A DNA stretch of 64,000 nucleotides from Eledone cirrhosa (taxonomy: Eukaryota): assembly GCA_964016885.1 (NCBI GenBank), contig OZ024763.1:12028001-12092000 (forward strand), given 5' to 3'. The notes under the pieces were generated by a model. It was not told the DNA's origin. It was given only the letters and a program-made list of their open reading frames with translations, and ran no database searches. Position numbers and translations under genes: made by a program. Within the stretch, counting starts at the first letter, position 1; every line of letters starts with the position of its first letter. Positions 55,325 to 64,000 of this stretch are shown piece by piece.

Positions 55325-56944
55325 TTAAAGTAGAGATCTTAGGAGGGAAGGAAGAGGGAGAAGGGGACAGATGAGGAGAGGAAAGGGGGGGGGGGGAGAA
55401 AGAAAAAAGAAAGCAATCTAAACTATAAAAGCGAAGTTAAACAGAAAGAAACCCCATCTCTCTTTCCTCTTTATTTTCCTCTCTTGGGTTTCAGTCTAAT
55501 GGGTTGAGCATTATCACATTTCTATCTCTCTTCAAAATACATTTATTATCTTACTGTGTGTGTGTATATGTACATATATGTGTGTGTTGGTATGTATGTG
55601 TTTCTATATATGTGTGTGTGTATGTACATGTGTGTGTTTCTATATATGTGTGCGTGTGTATATGTACATATATTTGTGTGTGTTGGTATGTATGTGTTTC
55701 TATATATGTGTATGTGTGTGTGTTGGTATGTATGTGTGTGTTTCTATATATGTGTGTGTGTGTGTGTGTGTATGTACATGTGTGTGTTTCTATATATGTG
55801 TGTGTGTGTATGTACATGTGTGTGTTTCTATATATGTGTGCGTGTGTATATGTACATATATATGTGTGTGTGTTGGTATGTATGTGTTTCTATATATGTG
55901 TGTGTGTATATGTACATATATGTGTGTGTTGCTATGTATGTGTTTCTATATATATATATATATATATGTATTTGTGTTTGTGTATATGTATGTATTATCT
56001 TACTGTGCGTGTATATATATTTGTATGTGTATATATGTGTTTGTCTGTGTATGTATATGTGTACATCAATGCAATATATGTGTGTATATGTGTGTATTTA
56101 TGTGTTTCAGCTATAGCCTTACTGAAGCAACCAGTGCAAATTGCAGATGCTTGTAAAATAACATGTTTAAACAGAGCCAGCCCTCTCTCTTCCTCTCTCT
56201 CTCTCTCTCTTCCCCCCTCTCTCCCTCTCCCTCTATACCACTCTATCTCAATCTATGTAGCTATTATATCATATCACAAGGGAGCGTGGTGGGGGTGTAG
56301 ATAAGTGGAAGATGTAGTGGTGGTGGTGGTGGAGGTAGTGCTGGTGTTGTTGTTGGTGGTGGTGGTGGTGTTGTTGGTTGTGGTTGTGGTGGTAGTGGTG
56401 TTGGTGGTGCTGGTGGTGGTGTTGGTGGTGGTGGTGGTGGTGGTGTTGTTGTTGGTGGTAGTGTTGTTGTTGGTGTTGGTGGTAGTGTTGGTGGCTGTGT
56501 TGTTGGTGGTAGTGGGGCTGCTGGTGTTGGTGGTAGTGTTGTTGTTGGTGTTGGTGGCTGTGTTGTTGGTGGTAGTGTTGTTGTTGTTGGTGTTGGTGGT
56601 AGTGTTGATGGTGGTAGTATTGGGGGCTGCTGGTGTTGGTGGTAGTATTGGAGGCTGTTGGTGTTGGTGGTAGTGATGATGATGGTAGTGTTGGTGGCTG
56701 TGTTGTTGGTGATAGTGTTGGTGGTAGTGATGGTGTTGGTGGTTGTGTTGGTGGTTGTGTTGGTGGTGGTAGGATCTACAGCAGACTATATACTTATCAG
56801 CAATGTTTTACTGCTCTTCCTAGTGCCAACCTTGCAAGAATATGATCTACTTATTCTAAACTGTATCCACTCAGTTTCTCTCTAGTAGACTTGCCTGTGG
56901 AACTGGTAAAAGGTGCTCACTTCTCAACTTCCCTCTCTCAATGT

Positions 56945-57090
56945 TGCTCTTTCCTGAAGAAGGACATATGTCCGATACATTGAGACATTAATTTGTTTCC
57001 TGTTTCCTTTTTTCTTTATCTTCATTCTCAAGAGTGAACCCAAGACTTTGTGTTTTTTTATCTCTGTGTTGGTCTTTTTTATTCTTGAAC
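56945..57090 (+). mobile_element. Decayed hammerhead-bearing (Penelope-like pLTR) remnant ending in (TA)n
   Basis: CTGAAGA-AGGACATATGTCC-GATAC (GAAAC with one substitution) at 56954-56978. Confidence 0.45.
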
Positions 57091-57105
57091 TATATATATA
57101 TATAT

Positions 57106-57644
57106 ATAAAATATTAAACAAATAATGAATAAACAATTCCTTATATTAAACAAAAAAAGTTCATTATTTAACGATCGTTTCTAGGATATATATGTGTTAG
57201 AGTTGGCATGCATATTCAACAGATCTATGTACAAAATTATACAAAATTATACAAACTATCAAGATTAAATATACATACCAACACATATATACGCCGTCTT
57301 CAGAAATAATTATTTCTGAAGACGGCGTATATATGTGTTGGTATGTATATTTAATCTTGATAGTTTGTATAATTTTGTATAATTTTGTACATAGATCTGT
57401 TGAATATGCATGCCAACTCTAACACATATATATCCTAGAAACGATCGTTAAATAATGAACTTTTTTTGTTTAATATAAGGAATTGTTTATTCATTATTTG
57501 TTTAATATTTTATCTTGACTCTGTATACCGTTTATCTTTCACCGAAAGTGATTTTTCATTACATTTCTTCTTTCCATGATATCCGGAATACATTGAGTTC
57601 TTCATACGGATTGGACACTACCGTAAACTCTTGGTAGATTTATC

Positions 57645-57650
<6 letters not shown>
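57106..57650 (+). mobile_element. Family C fold-back element: perfect 408-bp palindrome plus ~135-bp tail in (TA)n
   Basis: 57106-57309 is the reverse complement of 57310-57513 with no loop; no mismatch seen by eye. Confidence 0.9.
57309..57456 (+). ncRNA. Type I hammerhead ribozyme motif with long stem II (mirror copy on minus strand 57163-57310)
   Basis: ATTATTT-CTGAAGA-[~115-nt stem II]-GAAAC-GATC-GTT-AAATAAT; 7-bp stem I, palindromic stem III loop; base of stem II imperfect. Confidence 0.7.
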
Positions 57651-57680
<30 letters not shown>

Positions 57681-57681
57681 A

Positions 57682-57907
57682 TCTGGCCATGAGTGTAAAG
57701 TCATCTGGCTGTGAGTGTAAAGTCATCTGGTTGTGAATGTAATGACATCTGGATGTAAGTGTAAAGACATCTGGATGTAAGTGTAAAGGCATCTGGATGT
57801 GAGCGTAAAGACATCTGGCCTTGAGTGTAATGACATCTGGTCTTGAGTATAAAATCAGCTGACCTTGAATATAAAGTCATCTGGACTTGAGTGTACAGTC
57901 AGCTGGG
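57682..57907. repeat. 22-bp minisatellite (~10 diverged copies)
   Basis: CATCTGGNTGTGAGTGTAAAGN. Confidence 0.85.
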
Positions 57908-58288
57908 TTTGTGTGTGTATGTATGTATCTGTGAGTGGGGGTACAGTGTATACGTGTTGGTATGCATAATTTAGTGTATGGGAATGTGTGTTTGTGTATC
58001 AATGTGTGAATGTGTGAATAAATTTCTTTAGCTGAGAGATTTATGGAGCTGTCTCTCTCTCATACACACACACAACTACACATATATGTGTGTATATACA
58101 TATATATAGTTACATAGACACACAACTACACATATTTGTATATATATATATAGTTACATACATACACAACCACACATACCTGTGTATATATATATATAGT
58201 TACAGACACACACAACTACACATATCTGTGTATATATATATATATATATATAGTTACATAGACACACAGCTACACATATCTGTGTATG

Positions 58289-58347
<59 letters not shown>

Positions 58348-58351
<4 letters not shown>

Positions 58352-58610
58352 TCATCATCATCATCATATTTCAACGTCCATCTTCCACACTTGCATGGGT
58401 TTGGACGGGAATTGTCCCACTTGAGGCAAGATTGGTTATCTCACTCATATAGGACTGTCTGGCAGGTTTTCTACGGCTGGATGCCCTTCCTAACACCAAC
58501 CACGTTTACAGTGTGGACTGGGAGGTTTTTACCGTGTTACCTACACGGCCACATTACAGCGTGGACTGTGTGTTTTTTTGTCGTGACACCTACACGACCT
58601 CATTTGTTTA
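58348..58610 (-). mobile_element. SINE 3' portion with (GAT)n tail
   Basis: homologous to 1359-1578. Confidence 0.75.
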
Positions 58611-58699
58611 GGACTGGATGTTGTGGTACCAACATAACTTTACATCGGAAGGGGGTGGTGTGAATAGGGTGGGGGTAGTGGGACGGGGGGGGTGTATTT

Positions 58700-60137
58700 T
58701 GGTAAGAGGTGCCTACTGACTGTAGGATTCGCTTTGCACTTAGGTAAGGTGGGTCTTCTGTAATACTGCATAGCGCCAAAGATCTCAGTCCAGTGACATT
58801 GTCTTGGAGAGGTGTAAGTGTGTGAGGTTGGAATTTATCCAGTCGTCCCAGGTTTTTCTGGATCTGCCTACTCCGTGGCTACTTATACAGCTGTCGTCTT
58901 TCATGCGCATCACATGACCATACCAACGTAGTCTTCTCTCGAGTAAACAGCATCTGATCCCTCTTATTCCTAATTTCTCACTTAGTTCATTTATGCTTTG
59001 CCGTTCACGTATATTACTATTACACATCCAACGGAACATGCAAGCTTCGTTCCTCTCCAGTCTGCGTATATCCTCTGCACACAATGCCCAAGTCTCACTG
59101 CCATGTAACATTGCTGTTCGTATGCAGGCATCATACAGCTGCATTTCATTTTTAGAGAGAAACCTTTAGTGGCCAATAGTGGTATAAGCTCTCTGAACTT
59201 TTTCCATCCCGTTCTGACTCTAGCTACTGTACTTTCAGAGCACCCTCCACCACTGCTGATTTTGTCACCCAGGTAACGGAAGGTGTCCACTATTTCTATA
59301 GAACCATCTGTGCAATGGAATGGGCTAGTATTCTGTGGGCACTTGCTGCTACTTATTGCACCAGAGCACCGGCCACATATAAAATCTATATTCTTAGTTA
59401 GCTTACCTGTGATCCCACTACATCTTTTATGTACCCATACTTTGCATTTGGGACATAAAATGGAGTTTCTGCCTACTCCTTTCCTACACACTGAGCATGG
59501 CCATTTCCCAGATGGGACCGGTGCCCTATTTTCCTTCCTACAAACTAGAACTTTAGTCTTAGACAGGTTAATTTTAAGGCCTTTTGATTCTAGGCCATGC
59601 TTCCATGTTTGGAATTTCTTCTCTAGTTCGGCCATTGATTCAGCTATAAGCGTTAGATCATCAGCGTATAGGAGTTCCCATGGGCAGCCGGTCTTGAACT
59701 CCTCTGTTATAGCCTGAAGGGCAATAATAAATAGTAAGGGGTTAAGGAGAGAGCCCTGATGAACACCAACTTTTACGCTAAACTCTTCACTATATTCGTT
59801 GTTAATTCTAACCTTACTGACTCTTTCTTTATACATGGCTTGTATAGCTCTCACAAGCCATTCATCAACACCTAGTTTTCTGAGAGCCCACCAGATAATG
59901 GGGCGTGGGACTCTGTCAAAGGCTTTCTCCAAGTCAACAAAAGCTAAATATAGGGGTTTACTTTTAGCTAGGTACTTCTCCTGTAGTTGTCGTACAATGA
60001 AAAGAGCGTCTGTGGTACTTTTGCCTGACACAAACCCGAACTGCATTTCATCTAGATCAATTCTCTCTCTGATTAGTTGCGCTATTACTTTTTCTGTGAC
60101 CTTCATGACCTGGTCAATTAATTTAATGCCTCTATAA
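58700..60137 (-). pseudogene. RTE-clade LINE reverse transcriptase, 5'-truncated and frameshifted
   Basis: YRGIKL, QFGF, FVDLEKAFDRV, GVHQGSLLNPLLF, LLYADD (YADD 59657-59668), FRYLG; continues after frameshift near 59145 as YDACIRTAMLHGSETW...RRLRWYGHVMRM. Confidence 0.93.
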
Positions 60138-60159
60138 GACACACACAACTACACATATC

Positions 60160-60199
<40 letters not shown>

Positions 60200-61038
60200 G
60201 TTACATAGACACACAACTACACATATCTGTCTATATATACATACATACATATATAGTTAGACACACACACACACACAACCACACATACATGTATATACAT
60301 ACATATATATATAGTTACAATATACAAATCAGTCTCTCTCTCACACACACACAGACACAACCACACATATTTGTGTGTGTATATATACATATATATAGTT
60401 ACACTCACACACATATATATAGAGTTATTCACATACACACACACACACACAGAGTTACACACACACACACACACACACATATAGTTACACACACACATAT
60501 ATAGTTACACAGACACACACATGTATAGTTACACACACACATATATAGTTACACACACACACACACATATATAGTTACACACACACACACATATATAGTT
60601 ACACACACACACACATATATAGTTACACACGCACACACACATACACATATATAGTTACACACACACACACACACATATATATAGTTATACACGCACATAC
60701 ATATATAGTTACACACACACACATATATAGTTACACACACACACACATACACATATATAGTTACACACACACACACATATATAGTTACACACACACACAT
60801 ATATAGTTACACACACACACACATACACATATATAGTTACACACATACACATATATAGTTACACACACATACACATATATAGTTACACACACATACACAT
60901 ATATAGTTACACACACACACACACATACACATATATAGTTACACACACATACACATATATAGTTACACACGCACACACACATACACACATATAGTTACAC
61001 ACACATACACATATATAGTTACACACACACACACACAC
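60138..61038. repeat. CATATATAGTTA(CA)n minisatellite; related units at 58070-58290 flank the LINE on the other side
   Basis: direct inspection. Confidence 0.9.
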
Positions 61039-61271
61039 CTATTCTATTCCATCCAATGTTTTTCCTTAAGGAACTAGTTATGATTATCCACAAATTGATC
61101 CGTTGACAGTTCAACATGTGAGGGAGGGGCTGTGTTCCCATTGCCACCCCCCTCTCTCCCGCCCTACACCATTCTATATAGTGTGGGGTGGGGGTAAAGA
61201 GGGGTACCCCCCCTCTATCAGGTACACAGTGGTGTAATGATGGATGGAGGATTGTGCCTCTTCTCTTTGTG

Positions 61272-61304
<33 letters not shown>

Positions 61305-61369
61305 GCACACAGAGCAGCTCAGTTGATCAATGTGATGTAGCCCCCCCCCCATCTTATCCCCCTTGCTCC

Positions 61370-61845
61370 CTCCACCTCCCTCCCTCTATCTCCCACCCTC
61401 ACTCTACCTCCTACTCTCATGCTATCTCCCACCCTCACTATCCCCCACCCTCACTCTATCCCCCACCCTCACGCTATCTCCCTCCCTCACTTTACCTCCC
61501 ACGCTACCTCCCACCCTCTTTTTCCTCCCACCCTCACTATCCCTCACCCTCACTCTATCCCCCACTCTCACGCTACCTACCACCCTCACTATCCCCCACC
61601 CTCACTCTATCCCCCACCCTCACTCTATCCCCCACCCTCACTATCCCCCACCCTCACTATCCCCCACCCTCACTCTATCCCCCACCCTCACTCTATCCCC
61701 CACCCTCACTATCCCCCACCCTCACTATCCCCCACCCTCACTATCCCCCACCCTCACTCTGTCCCCCACCCTCACTATCCCCCACCCTCACTATCCCCCA
61801 CCCTCACTATCCCCCACCCTCACTCTGTCCCCCACCCTCACTATC
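61370..61845. repeat. 16/18-bp C-rich minisatellite
   Basis: CCCTCACT(CT)ATCCCCCA units. Confidence 0.95.
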
Positions 61846-62408
61846 AGGGAGCCTGATCTGTTCAAATAATACAAAATGTGGATATTTTACACTCCACAGA
61901 ACAGATATTTGATCATATTTGAGCTTTTAACGATGGAAGTGGCGTGATCACTGAATCAGTGTGTTGAAGACAACCTCTCTCACACACACACACACACACA
62001 CATACATACATACACATACCCACACATACATACACACACACACACATACATACATACATACACACACACGTACATATGCACACATACACAAACATACATA
62101 CACATACTTACTGTTTTATAATTTTATTTTTCCTTTTGCTGTGTTTGTTTATCTTAAGGAAATCAACACACTCACCAAATCTATCAAATTTTTAGGGGGT
62201 TCAGATATCATATTTAAGGTATTTCTAGTGTGTGTATATATATGCATGTATGTATGTATGTTGCGTGTGTATATACAACTGTTAAATTGCTTGAGTCTGT
62301 TTATTTACTTAAATTGTTTAGATACGTACAAGCATGGCTGTACGTGTGTGTATACATGTATGTATATATATGTATATATGTGTGTGTTTATATGTGTGTG
62401 TGTATATA

Positions 62409-62471
<63 letters not shown>

Positions 62472-62659
62472 GAAGCTGCTTTCTCTCAGCCCACCCTGCC
62501 AACTTCATCTTTCTTCTAACTTTACTGATGGTCCAATACATGGAAAACATTCATTTTCCTTTCTTAGTCTGTTTTTATCTTGAACTCTGTGTGTGTATGA
62601 GTGTGTGTGTATGAGTGTGTATATGTGTGTATGTGTACATATGTGTATATATGTATAAG

Positions 62660-62900
62660 TCTGTCTCCAGCCCAGAGACTCATCAGGCTGGTGCTTATCT
62701 TGGTTTCCATATCATTTACTGAGAGTACAAGACTCCCCCCTTGGACAGGATACTGGTCCATTGCAGTATTAAGCCCCCAGTTATTGCCGGTACTCATTTC
62801 CAGCTAAGTATACTGGAGCAATGTGAAGTGAAGTGTTTTGCTCAAGAACACAACACACAACTCAATCCAGGAATTGAACCCACAATGATGATAAGTCCAA
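62660..62900 (-). mobile_element. tRNA-derived SINE
   Basis: reverse complement of 3670-3953 family (CTGGAGCAATGTGAAGTGAAGTGTTTTGCTCAAGAACACAAC). Confidence 0.7.
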
Positions 62901-63110
62901 CACACTTATCACCTAGATGCAGGTCACATTGCTCCTCTTGCACTCCCAGCTTTCTTTAATTCCTCCCCTATTTTAAATTGTCACCTAATGATTTTCCCTG
63001 GAGCCCCATATTAACATGAACATAAGTGTTTAGTTTGGTTGTTCTGAGAGACCCTGGTCATATTCCTCTCCTTATAAGCCTATGTTATCTCATTATTCCT
63101 TCTTCTTCAT

Positions 63111-64000
63111 CCATTTATTCCTAAGATGGTCATGGGGTCAGACCTGAAACACCCCTTCTAGCAGGTCCTGTCAGAAGCCACCACCTCTGACCATTTATTC
63201 CTAAGATGGTCATGGGGTCAGACCTGAAACACCCCTTCTAGCAGGTCCTGTCAGAAGCCACCACCTCTGACCATTTATTCCTAAGATGGTCATGTGGTCA
63301 GACCTGAAACACCCCTTCTAGCAGGTCCTGTCAGAAGCCACCACCTCTGACCATTTATTCCTAAGATGGTCATGTGGTCAGACCTGAAACACCCCTTCTA
63401 GCAGGTCCTGTCAGAAGCCACCACCTCTGACCATTTATTCCTAAGATGGTCATGTGGTCAGACCTGAAACACCCCTTCTAGCAGGTCCTGTCAGAAGCCA
63501 CCACCTCTGACCATTTATTCCTAAGATGGTCATGTGGTCAGACCTGAAACACCCCTTCTAGCAGGTCCTGTCAGAAGCCACCACCTCTGACCATTTATTC
63601 CTAAGATGGTCATGTGGTCAGACCTGAAACACCCCTTCTAGCAGGTCCTGTCAGAAGCCACCACCTCTGACCATTTATTCCTAAGATGGTCATGTGGTCA
63701 GACCTGAAACACCCCTTCTAGCAGGTCCTGTCAGAAGCCACCACCTCTGACCATTTATTCCTAAGATGGTCATGTGGTCAGACCTGAAACACCCCTTCTA
63801 GCAGGTCCTGTCAGAAGCCACCACCTCTGACCATTTATTCCTAAGATGGTCATGTGGTCAGACCTGAAACACCCCTTCTAGCAGGTCCTGTCAGAAGCCA
63901 CCACCTCTGACCATTTATTCCTAAGATGGTCATGTGGTCAGACCTGAAACACCCCTTCTAGCAGGTCCTGTCAGAAGCCACCACCTCTGACCATTTATTC
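63111..64000. repeat. 80-bp satellite, at least 11 near-identical copies, runs off window end
   Basis: CCATTTATTCCTAAGATGGTCATG(G/T)GGTCAGACCTGAAACACCCCTTCTAGCAGGTCCTGTCAGAAGCCACCACCTCTGA. Confidence 0.97.

Overview
Eukaryotic, repeat-saturated non-coding DNA. The SINE, RTE and MITE families and the extreme microsatellite density resemble an octopus/cephalopod genome (inference). No host protein-coding exon could be supported, and nearly all ORFs in the track are microsatellite or minisatellite artefacts. Real coding remnants are all transposon-derived: a 5'-truncated, frameshifted RTE-clade LINE reverse transcriptase with an embedded C4HC3 finger (58.7-60.1 kb), several RTE 3' ends, a CR1-like 3' end, a Helitron PIF1-helicase fragment, two mariner fragments and a Penelope GIY-YIG C-terminal relic. 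The rest is tRNA-derived SINEs, TTAA-flanked piggyBac-type MITEs whose internal 72/60-bp unit has expanded into satellites, and many minisatellites. The most interesting signal is a set of at least four unrelated families of short non-coding elements embedded in (TA)n tracts that carry type I hammerhead ribozyme motifs (Penelope-like or retrozyme-like). Several are fold-back palindromes whose symmetry axis lies on a hammerhead helix. In families A and B the axis is stem II, and the CUGANGA half of the core is replaced by the inverted copy. In family C the axis is at stem I, giving a perfect 408-bp palindrome with a complete hammerhead motif on both strands.
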